Shown: positions 1 through 11,364, numbered from the stretch's first letter. The stretch is DNA of 64,000 nt from Solirubrobacterales bacterium (GCA_033856415.1 JAWVFA010000045.1:33162-97161); one strand, 5' to 3'. A program made the numbers and translations. Notes: generated from the letters alone by a model not told the origin.

Positions 1-1048
<1,048 letters not shown>

Positions 1049-1049
<1 letters not shown>

Positions 1050-2473
1050 CAGAACTCAGGCCCCGCCGCGGCGGCGTCCTCGAACGGCGGCGCTTCGCCG
1101 GCGGGCTGCTCGATTGGCGGTTCTTGATGCGCGTGGTCGGCGAATTTGGGATAGCGGTCGAGGAAGACCAGCTTTCTGGTCCCGATCGGGCCGTTCCTAT
1201 GCTTGGCGATGATCAGGTCGGCAAGGCCGTCGGGCTCCTCGTCGGGATCGCGGTAATAGTCCTCCCGGTAGAGGAAGGCGACGACGTCGGCGTCCTGCTC
1301 GATCTGTCCCGACTCGCGCAGGTCGGAGAGCTGGGGCTTTGGCGGCGTCCGCTGCTCGGGGGCGCGGGAGAGCTGTGAGATCGCAACTACAGGGACCTCG
1401 AGCTCGCGGGCGAGGATCTTTAGCCCGCGGCTGATCTGGCCGACCTGCTCTACCCGGTTGGCCCGGTGGTCGTCGGAGCGCATCAGCTGGATGTAGTCGA
1501 GGATGATCAGGCCGAGGCCGCCCCGTTCCTGTTCTTGGGCGTGGAGCCGGCGGGCCTTTGCCCGCAGGTCGAGAATTCCCAAATCGGAGGAGTCGTCGAA
1601 CCACAGCGGCGCCTCTTCCAGCTCGTTGCAGGCACGCAGGACTTTCGGCCAGTCGCGTTTGGAGACCTGGCCCTTGCGCAGTTTGTCGCCGGAGATCCGC
1701 GCTCGGCAAGCGATGAACCTCTGCGCCAACTCGACCTCGGACATCTCGAGGGAGAAGAAAGCGACAGCCTGCTGCTTCTTCACCGCGACGTTTTCGGCGA
1801 TGTTGGCGACCAGCGCGCTCTTGCCCATCGCCGGACGAGCGGCGACGATGATCAGGTTGCCGGGCTGGAAGCCACCGGTTACCGCGTCGACGTCTCGGAA
1901 GCCGGAGGGGGTCCCGGTCAGTTCGAGCTCGCCGGTGGAGAGCTTCTCCAGGCGATCGACCTCGTCGTGGAGGATCTCGCCGAGCAGTTTGAAGTCGCTC
2001 GCCTGCTCTTTGTGGGCTACCTCGAAGAGCAGTTTCTCGGCTCGCTCGGAAAGCTCCCGCGGTTCGCCGTCGCGATCGTTGACCCAGCCCTGAATTTCCT
2101 GTCCCGCACCGAGCAAGCGGCGCAGCAGCGAGTTCTGCTGAACGATCTCCGCGTAGTGCTTGGCGTTGGCTGCCGCGGGCACCTTGGCTGCCAGCTCGGA
2201 GACGTAGTGCCGGCCGCCGGCCTCGTCGCTCTTGTTGCGCTGGGAGAGCGCCTCGCTGACGCTCAGCTCGTCGACCGGCTTCGAAGCGGCGTAGAGGTCG
2301 TGGACGACCTCGAAGATCAGCCGGTGCTTGTCGAGGTAGAAATCTGCAGCGTTCAGCTTCACCTCGTCGATCACCCGCGTCAGGGTCGTCTCGGCGACCA
2401 GCATCGCTCCCAGCACCGACTCCTCGGCCTCGATGTTCTGCGGGGGGACGTGGGTCGTTGGGGGCTGCGGCAT
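1049..2473 (-). CDS. dnaB: Replicative DNA helicase DnaB
   Basis: 474 aa. N-terminus is PPQNIEAEESVLGAML, Walker A is ARPAMGKSAL, and the C-terminal RecA-like motifs are present (IILDYIQLM, ISQLSR). Confidence 0.95.
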
Positions 2474-2608
2474 CGTTCTCAGTAAAGGCGGCTCGGCGGC
2501 GGAACCGGGGCGGCTCGGACCTCCGCCTCAAGCAAACCAGAGGAGGCGCCGGCCCACGTGCGGCTTCCGTGCAAAAGCCGTCAAAAAGAATTCACAGACG
2601 GGAGACGT

Positions 2609-3211
2609 TTATGCGGCAGTTCCGAAGGAGAGCTGGTGGTGGTGACCGAGAGGGATGAGGCCCTCCTGCTCTTGGCGGCGCTCCCCCCGCCGGAGCATGC
2701 GCAGAGTGAGGATCGCGATGCTGAGGATCGCGGTGGCGCCGAGGCTGAGCTGAACGCTGAGCAGGCCTTCGCGGCTCCAGTAGACGTCGCGCAGATCGAG
2801 AAGGAGCGCCGCCTCGTCGAAGGTGAGGCCGAAGCCGGCTCCCATCGGCACCGCCAGCCACTGCTCGAGCTCGTCGTCGTCGGTGAGGAGGGCGGCGGTT
2901 CCCGAGCCGAAAGCGAGCAGGATGCCGGGCACGAAGTGGTGGATGTGGCGGCCGCCGATGCTGACGTTGCGAAAGGGGCCGCGCCCGTCCCGGATTGCCA
3001 AGGTCGAGAGGCGCACCAAGGCGAATGAGCCGAGGAAGCCGCCGAGGAGGTTGAAGAGGACCGTTTCGTAGCGCGGCGCCTCTTCGTAGCCGCGGACGGC
3101 CACTCCGACCGTGTCGGCGGCGGCGGCGGGAGCAGATTCGAGGAGAGCTTCGGGATCGTGCGCCTCACTGGCCCGGCGGGCGAACATGCGGCTGAACTGG
3201 CCGACCATCAC
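2609..3211 (-). CDS. Hypothetical integral membrane protein
   Basis: 200-aa ORF with several hydrophobic segments, lying between rplI and dnaB on the same strand. I recognise no family. The start codon is uncertain. Confidence 0.5.
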   Translation of the reverse strand: MMVGQFSRMFARRASEAHDPEALLESAPAAAADTVGVAVRGYEEAPRYETVLFNLLGGFLGSFALVRLSTLAIRDGRGPFRNVSIGGRHIHHFVPGILLAFGSGTAALLTDDDELEQWLAVPMGAGFGLTFDEAALLLDLRDVYWSREGLLSVQLSLGATAILSIAILTLRMLRRGERRQEQEGLIPLGHHHQLSFGTAA

Positions 3212-3300
3212 CGCTCCCGCGGCACCCAGGGCAACCGTGGCGAGGCCGACCGTCGCCCGCTCGGAGCGAACCCAGCCGGACCTGCGACGACGAAGGAGGA

Positions 3301-3753
3301 CTAGTTCTCCTCGCTGATGATGGTCTTCACGGCCGCGACGGTCCCGTCGGCGAGCTCGATCTCGACCATGAAGGTGCCGAGTTCCCGCAGTGGCTGCTCA
3401 AGGCGGACTTTGCGTTTCTCGATCCGCAGGTCCCGTGCCTCGCGCAGCGCGTCGGTGATCTCCTTCGGGCCGACCGAGCCGAACAGCTTGCCGTCCTCGC
3501 CGGCGCGCTGGTGGATCGTCAGCACGGTCTTGGAGAGCAGGCCGGCGGCTTCGGCTTCGCGCTCCGCCCGCGCTTTGGCAGCCCGCTCGGCGGCCTCCAT
3601 GCGACGCTGCGCTTCCTCCAGCGCCCCCGCCGTCGCCGCCTGGGCGAGCTTGCGTGGGATCAGGTAGTTGCGCAGGTAACCGGGGGCGACGTCGACGACG
3701 TGGCCGCGCTCGCCGAGGGACTCGACGTCCTGCAACAGGATTGCCTGCGCCAT
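3301..3753 (-). CDS. rplI: 50S ribosomal protein L9
   Basis: [37 protein letters not shown] is the typical L9 N-terminal domain. The gene sits in the conserved rpsF-ssb-rpsR-rplI order. Confidence 0.93.
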   Translation of the reverse strand: MAQAILLQDVESLGERGHVVDVAPGYLRNYLIPRKLAQAATAGALEEAQRRMEAAERAAKARAEREAEAAGLLSKTVLTIHQRAGEDGKLFGSVGPKEITDALREARDLRIEKRKVRLEQPLRELGTFMVEIELADGTVAAVKTIISEEN

Positions 3754-4028
3754 CAGCGCTCTCCGACGTAGGGAAGCAGGGCGATTTCGCGCGCCCGCTT
3801 CACCGCCACCGAGAGCTGTCGCTGGTGGCGGCGGGAAAGTCCGGTGACCCGCCGCCCGCGCGTCTTCCCCTTGTCGGAGAGGAAGCGTCGCAGCAGGTTC
3901 AGGTCCTTGTAGTCGACGACCTCGGAGTTGACCCGGGTGTACTTACGCGGGCGCGCACGGTCGGCGCCGCGCCTACCGCCGCGCCGGGCGCTGCCGCGTG
4001 AAGAAGAAGTCTCGTTTGCTCTGGCCAT
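3753..4028 (-). CDS. rpsR: 30S ribosomal protein S18
   Basis: The S18 signature is present: [50 protein letters not shown]. Confidence 0.93.
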   Translation of the reverse strand: MARANETSSSRGSARRGGRRGADRARPRKYTRVNSEVVDYKDLNLLRRFLSDKGKTRGRRVTGLSRRHQRQLSVAVKRAREIALLPYVGER

Positions 4029-4087
4029 CGGCGGAGCATGCTACAGAGCGCCGCATCGCGGCGCTCTGTAGGGCAGCAGACGAGGGA

Positions 4088-4567
4088 TCAGAAAGGTATG
4101 TCGTCTTCCTGGCCGGTAGAAGCAGGCGCGAAATCGCTGTTGTCGGCGGGGACATCGCTCTGGGGAGGGGCGAAGCCGCCACCGCCCCCGTTGTCGTTGC
4201 CGCCACCGCCGGCCCCATCGCGGGAACCGAGGAACTGGACCGTGTTGGCGACGATGCGGACGGCCTGCCGTTTGCCGCTGCCGTCTTTGGCCTCCCACTC
4301 GCTCCAGTCGAGGCGGCCTTCCACCGCGACCGGACGCCCCTTGCTCAAGTAGTTGGCGCAGTTCTCGCCCTGGGCGCCCCAGACCGTGACGTCGAAGTAG
4401 TTGGCCTTATCGACCCAGTTGCCGCTCTGGTCTTTGCGGCGGCTGTTGACCGCGACCCGCAGGTCGCAGACGGCCGTTCCGCCGCCGGTATGGCGCAGCT
4501 CCGGGTCACGGGTCAGGTTCCCGGTGATCACCACCACGTTCACGTTCGAAGCTGCCAATTCACTCAC
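4088..4567 (-). CDS. ssb: Single-stranded DNA-binding protein
   Basis: OB-fold N-terminus (NVVVITGNLTRDPELRH), a Gly-rich linker, and the acidic C-terminal tip DDIPF. Confidence 0.93.
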   Translation of the reverse strand: MSELAASNVNVVVITGNLTRDPELRHTGGGTAVCDLRVAVNSRRKDQSGNWVDKANYFDVTVWGAQGENCANYLSKGRPVAVEGRLDWSEWEAKDGSGKRQAVRIVANTVQFLGSRDGAGGGGNDNGGGGGFAPPQSDVPADNSDFAPASTGQEDDIPF

Positions 4568-4671
4568 TCCTCTGGGATTCGCTTGTCTGGTTCCAGTCTA
4601 AGGAGGCAGTCGGCTCTACTCGCCCCCCGCGGAGCAGGGGTTCCCGCAAACAGCGGCAGCCGCTCGGCGCG

Positions 4672-5076
4672 CTACTCGTCGGAATCGTCGAAGGAGTCGC
4701 CGCGATCCTCGCGGGCTCCCTGCGCGCTGCGCTCCCGCGGCCCGGGGGCGGCGGTCACGGCGGGCGGAACGATCGTCGGCGCGTCGGGATCGACTTTGAA
4801 GATGCGGAAGCGCAGGACGCCGTCGGCGATCTTCAGGTTGTGGTCGAGCGAGTCGAGCAGCTCGCTGGAGGCCTCGAATCGCATCCAGCGGTAATCCGCC
4901 TCGGTGCGATGGTCGATCTCGTAGGCCATCTTCCGCAGGCCCCAGGAGTTCTCCTGTTTGAGGCTTCCCGAGCCCTCGATTTGCCCACGCGCATCCTGCG
5001 CCAGCGTGTCGCGGGCAGGCGCATCCAGTTGGGGGTCCAGCATCAGGACCAGCTCGTATTCGCGTGGTGCGGGCAA
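4672..5076 (-). CDS. rpsF: 30S ribosomal protein S6
   Basis: REYELVLMLDP...WGLRKMAYEI...ADYRWMRF matches the S6 family, and the gene context fits. Confidence 0.92.
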   Translation of the reverse strand: MPAPREYELVLMLDPQLDAPARDTLAQDARGQIEGSGSLKQENSWGLRKMAYEIDHRTEADYRWMRFEASSELLDSLDHNLKIADGVLRFRIFKVDPDAPTIVPPAVTAAPGPRERSAQGAREDRGDSFDDSDE

Positions 5077-5102
5077 AACGGCGAAGGACTATAGCGGCGG
5101 GA

Positions 5103-5534
5103 TCAGTGCGGCGCGAACTCCTCCGATCCGTCGCCTGGAGGGAGAGGGGGCGGCGGAGGCGGGACAGGCATCGGTGGGGAAGGCGGTTCGGAAGGGACGG
5201 CGGGTGGCGGAGCGGGCAGAGCGGGGGACTCCGCCGCGCGCGATCGACGATGACGCTTGGGCTGCGGCTTGCTGGCGATCACGACTTCGCCCGGGCCGAC
5301 TTCGCCGCCTGCCGGGCGTCTTTTGACGGGTCGGTCGGGAAGAGGGGGATCGTTGGGCTCGGGGGCCGCAGGCTCTGCTGCCGGGATCGTCCGCGGCAGC
5401 CCCACGTCGGAGGCCAGCGGTGGCGGTTCGGGTGGGCGCAGGAAGTGGGGCAAGGCCTGCAGCGCGAGGAGGGCGAGGACGGCGACCGCCGTCAACTTCG
5501 CCATCCCGGCCCAGCGAACTCGAACTCTGTGCAC
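5103..5534 (-). CDS. Proline-rich secreted or membrane-anchored hypothetical protein
   Basis: Signal/anchor segment MAKLTAVAVLALLALQAL followed by low-complexity Pro-rich sequence. The real start is probably the internal Met near 5504. Confidence 0.4.
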   Translation of the reverse strand: MHRVRVRWAGMAKLTAVAVLALLALQALPHFLRPPEPPPLASDVGLPRTIPAAEPAAPEPNDPPLPDRPVKRRPAGGEVGPGEVVIASKPQPKRHRRSRAAESPALPAPPPAVPSEPPSPPMPVPPPPPPLPPGDGSEEFAPH

Positions 5535-5571
5535 CTCCGCTTAAGGAACGGCGGTGAACGGTTCGCCCCCC

Positions 5572-7032
5572 TCAGGCCGCGGAGCGCGCCGCTTCGATGT
5601 CCCGCAGCTGGTCGTCGACCCAGTCGCCTGGGTTGCGGGAGAAGATGATCTCCCGCAGGCCCTCCGCCCAGCGGTGCTTCAGCTCGGGGTCCATCGTCAG
5701 CGCTCGGTGGATCGCGTCGGCCTGCTCCTGGATGTCGAAGGGATTGACCGAGATCACGTAGTCGAACAGCTCATAGTGCGAGCCGGTGTTCTCCGAGAGC
5801 ATCAAGACCCCGTCGCGGGTGTTCACCGCCGGCGCCTCCTTGGCGACGAGGTTCATCCCGTCGAAGAGCGAGTTGACCATCAGCAGGTCGAAGTGCTTGT
5901 AACGGGCGACTGCGTCGTAGAAGTTCTCGTAGATCTTCAGGTCGATCGGCATCCAGTCGGTGGTTCCGTGGCGGTGGTTGACGACGGCGACGAGGGCCTC
6001 GATCCGCTCCAGGTACTCGGCGTACTCGGGCACGTCCTGCCGCGAGGGCTGCAGGTGGGCGATGAAGGTGACCTTTTCGCGGAACTCGGGGTGCTGGGTG
6101 AGGAAGGTGTCGAAAGCCGTGAAGCCACGCAGCACGTTCTTCGAGAGGTCGGCTCGGTCGACGCGGATGATCAGGTGCTGGCGCCGTCGCTCGAGCACCT
6201 CCCGCTCGGCCTCGGTTACCTCGGGCGAGGCGGCCGCCCGCTCCAGCCGTTGTGCGTCGATCCCAAGCGGGTAGGCCCGGGCGATGGTCTTGCCGCCCTG
6301 GTGGCGTACCTCCGCCGCGTGGTAGTCGACCTCGACCCCGTCCAGCAGCTCGTCGCAGCAGCGGAGGAAGTTGATGCAGTAGGCGTGGGTGTGGAAGCCG
6401 ATGATGTCGTTGGCGAGCATCCCCTCGTAGATCGCCCCGCGCACCCGCGTCGGCAGGATCCGCCAGCTATCGGGCTGCGACCAGGGGATGTGGACGAAGT
6501 GGTGGAGGAAGGCGTCGGGACGCTCGGCGCGGATCATTCCCGGCGCGGTGTAGAGGTGGTAGTCGTGCAGCATCACCAGCGGGTCCTTTTGCCCATCGAT
6601 CTCGGCGAGCACCGCCTGCGCGATGTCCTTGTTGACCGTCTGGTAGCCGTAGTCCCAGGCGTCGATCTCCTGCTGGCGGATGTCCGGCGCGTTGGAGATG
6701 TCCCAGAGGTAGTGCTGGATGAACCAGAGGATCGGGTTGGCGATCACGTTGTAGAAGCGGTCGTAGGCCTCGGGGTCGCTGCCCACGAGCCGCACCCGGT
6801 ACTCGATCCCGTCCAGCTCCTGCTTGATCGGCCCGCCGGCCTCGTTCGACACCACTTCGTCCTCGTCGGTCATCGCCGAGGCGATCCAAAGCGCGTCGCG
6901 GTGGGAAACGAGGCCGGAGAGGGCGGTGACGAGCCCGCCGCCGCCGCGCCGGACGGTCCGTTGCCCGTTCTCGTCGAGCTCGAACTGGGCCGGGCCCCGG
7001 TTCGAGACGATGATCAGCGGCGAGGAGCTCAC
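5572..7032 (-). CDS. otsA: Alpha,alpha-trehalose-phosphate synthase (GT20)
   Basis: LIIVSNRGP...GGGLVTAL...LWFIQHYLW...HDYHL are hallmark OtsA motifs. Length is 486 aa. Confidence 0.9.
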   Translation of the reverse strand: MSSSPLIIVSNRGPAQFELDENGQRTVRRGGGGLVTALSGLVSHRDALWIASAMTDEDEVVSNEAGGPIKQELDGIEYRVRLVGSDPEAYDRFYNVIANPILWFIQHYLWDISNAPDIRQQEIDAWDYGYQTVNKDIAQAVLAEIDGQKDPLVMLHDYHLYTAPGMIRAERPDAFLHHFVHIPWSQPDSWRILPTRVRGAIYEGMLANDIIGFHTHAYCINFLRCCDELLDGVEVDYHAAEVRHQGGKTIARAYPLGIDAQRLERAAASPEVTEAEREVLERRRQHLIIRVDRADLSKNVLRGFTAFDTFLTQHPEFREKVTFIAHLQPSRQDVPEYAEYLERIEALVAVVNHRHGTTDWMPIDLKIYENFYDAVARYKHFDLLMVNSLFDGMNLVAKEAPAVNTRDGVLMLSENTGSHYELFDYVISVNPFDIQEQADAIHRALTMDPELKHRWAEGLREIIFSRNPGDWVDDQLRDIEAARSAA

Positions 7033-7078
7033 GCCGCAGAGACTAAGGGGTACCGACTATGGGGTACCGAGGTGGTGC

Positions 7079-8443
7079 TCAGCCGTCAAGGTCGGTGAAC
7101 AGCTGGAGCCAATCGCGCAGCAGGCGCGGGGTGAGGAACATCCGCCGGGCGTGCTCCTTGCCCTCCCGACCGAGCTGCTTGCCCAGGCCAGGGTCGCGGA
7201 GGATCTCCAGGCAGCGCTCCGCGCACTGCGTGGGTGAGTTGACGAGGTAACCGCTGACTCCATCCTCGATCTGCAGCGGAATGCCGCCGACGTTGCCGGC
7301 CACGGTCGGCCGGCCCTTCCAGAGCGCCTCGGTGACGGTCAGGCCGAAGCCCTCGCGGATCGACTTCTGCAGGCAGATGTCCGACTGCGACTGGAAGGCG
7401 TTGACCTCGATCGCGCCGACGTTGTTGAGGTTGCTGAGGATTTTGATGTCCTCGTCGCCATCGGCGTATTCGAAGGTCTTCTGAAAGTACTCCATGCCCT
7501 CGGGGTCGTCGGTGGCCATCGAGCCGACCATCGCCAGCTGCGTCGCCGGCGCCTGCTCGGTGACCTCGCGGTAAGCGTCGATGACGCCGATCGGATCCTT
7601 CCAGGGGTCGAAGCGGGAGACCTGGGTGATCAGGGGCCGGTCGACGTCGATCCCGAACTGGCGGCAGACGAAGGCCGCGTCCTCGGGCGAGAAAGCCATG
7701 TTCTTCGGCGAGAGCGGGTCGATCGCCGGCGGCACGATCCGCACCTCCTCGCGGTGCTTGCCCATCCCGTCGGGAACGTACTTCTCCATGTGCCAGACGC
7801 TGGCGTCGTACTCTTCGATCATCGGCAGCAGGCGCGCGATCGGCGCCGGGTTCGGCGTCGAGAGGTCGATGTGGCAGCGCCAGACCCACTTGTCGCCCTT
7901 CGCCTTCGCGCCGCGGAGCAGGCCGATCGGCTGCGGGTCGTGGACGATCACCACGTCCCACTCGCCCTGCAGGCCCTCGGCGTTGATCTGGTTGATCTCG
8001 TCGAAGATCTCCCACTGCTCGTCGCTCAGCGTCTCCTCGGCGCCCTGCAGCGAGTTGTGAAGGAGCTTGGTCGCGTTGTAGAACTCTTCTTTGCCGAAGA
8101 TCACGTGCCAGTGCGCGTCGACGCCGACGTCGCGCATCAGCGGCACCAGCGTGTAGAGGATCTCTGAGACGCCGCCGCCGAAAGCGGTGGCGCTGACGTG
8201 CAGCACCCGCTTCCCCTTCAGGGGCTCCGCGAGCTGGCGGATCTGCTCCGTCAGGTCTTTGCCGACGATGTGGGTGTAGTCGGCGAGGGTCTTGTGGCCG
8301 AGGGCGACTTCCTGAAGCAAGGCTGGAGTTCTACACCGATAGGCGGCGACACGGCGTCCAGCCGCCGCGTTGCGTCTAGTTGGACGGCGGGTTGTCGGGC
8401 CGCTTGCCGAGGGTGACCTCGACCTGCTGGCGCTCGTTGTCAC
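7079..8443 (-). CDS. treT: GT4 glycosyltransferase, TreT-like trehalose synthase
   Basis: HVSATAFGGGVSEILYTLVPLMRDVGVDAHWHVIFGKEEFYNATKLLHNSLQG closely resembles the archaeal/bacterial TreT N-terminus as I recall it. The C-terminal part has the GT-B fold. The start is uncertain: the annotated start overlaps the htrA 3' end by 68 nt, and a TTG at 8320 is an alternative. Confidence 0.65.
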   Translation of the reverse strand: MTTSASRSRSPSASGPTTRRPTRRNAAAGRRVAAYRCRTPALLQEVALGHKTLADYTHIVGKDLTEQIRQLAEPLKGKRVLHVSATAFGGGVSEILYTLVPLMRDVGVDAHWHVIFGKEEFYNATKLLHNSLQGAEETLSDEQWEIFDEINQINAEGLQGEWDVVIVHDPQPIGLLRGAKAKGDKWVWRCHIDLSTPNPAPIARLLPMIEEYDASVWHMEKYVPDGMGKHREEVRIVPPAIDPLSPKNMAFSPEDAAFVCRQFGIDVDRPLITQVSRFDPWKDPIGVIDAYREVTEQAPATQLAMVGSMATDDPEGMEYFQKTFEYADGDEDIKILSNLNNVGAIEVNAFQSQSDICLQKSIREGFGLTVTEALWKGRPTVAGNVGGIPLQIEDGVSGYLVNSPTQCAERCLEILRDPGLGKQLGREGKEHARRMFLTPRLLRDWLQLFTDLDG

Positions 8444-9521
8444 GGAGGATCGTCAGCGTCGCGGTTTCCCCTGGTTGGCGGTCGGCGATCGCTTCGGCCA
8501 GGTCGTCGGGGGTGACGATGTCACGCCCATCGACCTGCAGGATGACGTCACCGCCGGTTCTGTAGCGGCCGGCCTGGAAGGGGAGTTTGTCGCTCCCTCC
8601 CCGGATTCCGGCCTCCTCCGCCGGGCCGTCGGAGGAGACCTCGGCGACGAGACCGCCGAAGTCGGTGTCGAGGCCGAGCTTGCGGGCCAGCTGCGGGTAG
8701 AGAGGCTGGCTGGAGACCCCGATGTAGGCGTATTCGGCTTCGCCGTCCTCGCGCAGCTGGGCGATCGAGCGCTTGACGGCCGAGACCGGGACCGCGAACC
8801 CGACGCCGTCGTTGGCGCCGGAGTTGGTCTCGATCTGCTGGTTGATCCCGACCACGCGGGCGCCGGCGTCGAGCAGCGGCCCGCCCGAGTTGCCCGGGTT
8901 GATCGAGGCGTCGGTCTGGACTGCCCCGGAGATTTCGAATTGGGTCAGCGACTGGACCGCGCGGTCGGTCGCGGAGACGACGCCGACCGAGAGCGATTGC
9001 TGCTCGCCGAACGGGCTGCCGATCGCCGCCACCGGCTGCCCCACCCGCAGGTCACGGTCGTCCCCCAGGCTCAGCGGGTGCAGATCAAAGCCGTTGGGCT
9101 CGATCTGGAGGAGCGCGACGTCGACGAAGGGGTCGAAGCCAACGATCTCGGCGGGCACCACGTTGCGATCCGGAAACTCGATGTAGACCTGCTCGGCCGG
9201 CTCGCGGTCGCCACTCGATTCGTCGGTGATGACATGGGCGTTGGTGACGATCTCGCCTTTGGCGTTGAGCACGAACCCCGATCCTTCTGCGGCGCCTGAG
9301 CCGAAGACCGAGCGGATGGTCACCACTCCCGGCGACGCCTCCTCGTAAACGCGGGTGGCGTCGAAGCCCGGGCTCGAGGCCTGGATGACAACTTCCGGCT
9401 CGGCGGCGGTCGTCACCTGTGCGGGCGATCCGCCCGTCGAGCTCGAGCTTTCCCCCTCCGATCCGCAACCAGCGAGAAGGCCCAGGCAGAGCAAGGCGAG
9501 GAGGATCGGGGAGGACTTCAC
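8376..9521 (-). CDS. htrA: HtrA/DegP-family serine protease with C-terminal PDZ domain (lipoprotein)
   Basis: Lipobox LLAGCGS, TNAHV (His), GNSGGPLL (Ser), and a PDZ-like C-terminus. Confidence 0.85.
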   Translation of the reverse strand: MKSSPILLALLCLGLLAGCGSEGESSSSTGGSPAQVTTAAEPEVVIQASSPGFDATRVYEEASPGVVTIRSVFGSGAAEGSGFVLNAKGEIVTNAHVITDESSGDREPAEQVYIEFPDRNVVPAEIVGFDPFVDVALLQIEPNGFDLHPLSLGDDRDLRVGQPVAAIGSPFGEQQSLSVGVVSATDRAVQSLTQFEISGAVQTDASINPGNSGGPLLDAGARVVGINQQIETNSGANDGVGFAVPVSAVKRSIAQLREDGEAEYAYIGVSSQPLYPQLARKLGLDTDFGGLVAEVSSDGPAEEAGIRGGSDKLPFQAGRYRTGGDVILQVDGRDIVTPDDLAEAIADRQPGETATLTILRDNERQQVEVTLGKRPDNPPSN

Positions 9522-10582
9522 ATGCTCGCCCTGACCGGGGTGCGGGTGGAGCGCGGGGAGGCCACCGGGGGGGCGCCGGGGGGCAGGTCCAGGGTGAAGG
9601 CGGTGAAGCGGCGACTGGAGCTGATCGTGATCTCGCCCTTCATCCGCTGGGCGAGCTCGGTCGCGATCGCCAGTCCCAAGCCGGACCCGCCCGCTTTGTC
9701 GGCCGTGTAGAAGCGCTCGAAGATCCGCTTCTGCACGCGCTGCGGAATCCCCGATCCCGCGTCGGAGACGGTCAGCTCGGCACGGCCGTTGGCGGAATAG
9801 GTGGTCACGGTGACGTCGGTTCTCTCCGGGGTATGGGTGAGGGCGTTGTCGAGCAGGATACGGATGACCTGACGCACCCGATCGGGGTCGCCGAGGGCGA
9901 TGGCGGGCTGCTCCGGCGTGCGCAGCTGCAGGCGCGAGCCCCGCAGTTCGGCGCGGGCGCCAAACTCCCTGGTGACCTCGCGGGCAAGCGCGGTGAGGTC
10001 GACGGCACTCGCCCGCATCACCACTGCGCCGGCGTCGAGCTGGGAGAGATCGAGGAGGTCAGTAGTCAGTTTGGTCAGACGCTCGACCTGCTGGCGCATA
10101 GTGCGGACGAACTCCGCCCGCTCCTCCGGGCTCGGGTCCTCGTCTTCGAGCAACTCGACGAAACCGCCGAGGCTGAAGATCGGGGTGCGCAGCTCGTGCG
10201 AGGCGTTGGCGATGAACTGCTTGCGGGCGCTGTCGAGCTCGGCCAAGCGCCGCTGCATCTCGTTGAAGGTGCGGGCGACGGGTCTCAGGGGGCCGACCGA
10301 GGCGACCGGGATCTTCGTTTCGAAGTTTCCGTCAGCGACTTTGCGGGCGGCCTCTTGGAGCCGCCTAAGGTTGTTGGCGTAGGTCCGGACGTAGCTTCGG
10401 GCGATCAGGATCTCGAGCAGAAGCACGATCGCGCCGCCGATCAGGATCTGGGCCTTGACCGCTCCGTCATGGATGGCGGCCATCCCGATCGCGACCGTGT
10501 AGAGGTAGACGATCGCGGCGGTTGCAGCCGCGATCGTGATCGTAATTCGACCGCTGCCGAACGAAGGCCTGAGACGTCGCAT
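9518..10582 (-). CDS. Sensor histidine kinase (two TM segments + HAMP + HisKA + HATPase)
   Basis: H-box SHELRTPI, N-box LLDNALTHT, G-box DAGSGIP...GGSGLGLAI. I placed the start at the internal ATG at 10582, 6 nt after the response-regulator stop. The longer track ORF extends into the regulator gene. Confidence 0.85.
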   Translation of the reverse strand: MRRLRPSFGSGRITITIAAATAAIVYLYTVAIGMAAIHDGAVKAQILIGGAIVLLLEILIARSYVRTYANNLRRLQEAARKVADGNFETKIPVASVGPLRPVARTFNEMQRRLAELDSARKQFIANASHELRTPIFSLGGFVELLEDEDPSPEERAEFVRTMRQQVERLTKLTTDLLDLSQLDAGAVVMRASAVDLTALAREVTREFGARAELRGSRLQLRTPEQPAIALGDPDRVRQVIRILLDNALTHTPERTDVTVTTYSANGRAELTVSDAGSGIPQRVQKRIFERFYTADKAGGSGLGLAIATELAQRMKGEITISSSRRFTAFTLDLPPGAPPVASPRSTRTPVRASM

Positions 10583-10587
10583 CGCGG

Positions 10588-11283
10588 TTACTCCCGGAAG
10601 CGGTATCCCACCCCGCGCACGGTGAACAGGTACTCCGGCTCTTTCGGGTCCCGCTCCAGCTTCTCGCGCAGGTGACGGATGTGGACGTCGACGGTGCGCG
10701 GATCGCGATAGTCGGAGTCCCCCCAGACGTGCTCGAGCAGCGTCTCGCGGGTGAGCACCCGGCCCGGCGAGCGGGCCAGCGCGCCGAGGATTTCGAACTC
10801 GACGTAGGTGACCCGGACTTCCTCGCCGTCCAGGGTCACCATGCGGCGGTCGAAGTCGATCGTCAGCTCTCCACACTCGATCGCCCCGTCCTCGCTCGTC
10901 TCGCCGCCCATCCGCGAGCGGCGCAGCGCCGCTTTCACGCGGCTGCGGAACTCGCGCATCGAGAAAGGCTTGGTGATGTAGTCGTCGGCGCCGACCTCGA
11001 GCCCGGCGACCTTGTCGGTCTCGCTGCCTTTGGCGGTCAGCATGATGATCGGCACCTGACTGCGCGAGCGCAGCTGGCGGCAGACTTCGACCCCGCCCAT
11101 CTGGGGCAGCATCAGGTCGAGGATGACGAGGTCGAAGCGCCCTTCCTCGAAGCGCCTCAGCGCTTCTGAGCCGTCGAGCGCGGAGGTGACGTGGTAGCCG
11201 TCCTTGCGCAGCGGATAGCTGAGCAGGGTCTGGATCGACTGCTCGTCGTCGACCAGGAGGATGCGGGCGGATCCGTTAGGCAC
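10588..11283 (-). CDS. OmpR/PhoB-family response regulator
   Basis: Receiver domain ILLVDDE...DLVILDLMLP...MLTAK, plus a winged-helix C-terminus YLFTVRGVGYRF. I prefer the GTG start at 11283; the TTG at 11334 is also possible. Confidence 0.88.
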   Translation of the reverse strand: MPNGSARILLVDDEQSIQTLLSYPLRKDGYHVTSALDGSEALRRFEEGRFDLVILDLMLPQMGGVEVCRQLRSRSQVPIIMLTAKGSETDKVAGLEVGADDYITKPFSMREFRSRVKAALRRSRMGGETSEDGAIECGELTIDFDRRMVTLDGEEVRVTYVEFEILGALARSPGRVLTRETLLEHVWGDSDYRDPRTVDVHIRHLREKLERDPKEPEYLFTVRGVGYRFRE

Positions 11284-11364
11284 AACCCCACAGGGTAGTA
11301 ACCGCCTCAGTTTGGACGCATGTGCGAGTACCAAGAACTAAGGATCTGGGTATCGACGCCGATA

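Noticed and set aside
5554-7098. 514-aa plus-strand ORF opposite otsA.
   Set aside because: It is an antisense shadow ORF typical of ~70% GC DNA. Its composition is dominated by Val, Asp, Arg, Gly and Leu runs with no motifs. The opposite strand encodes a clear, full-length OtsA.
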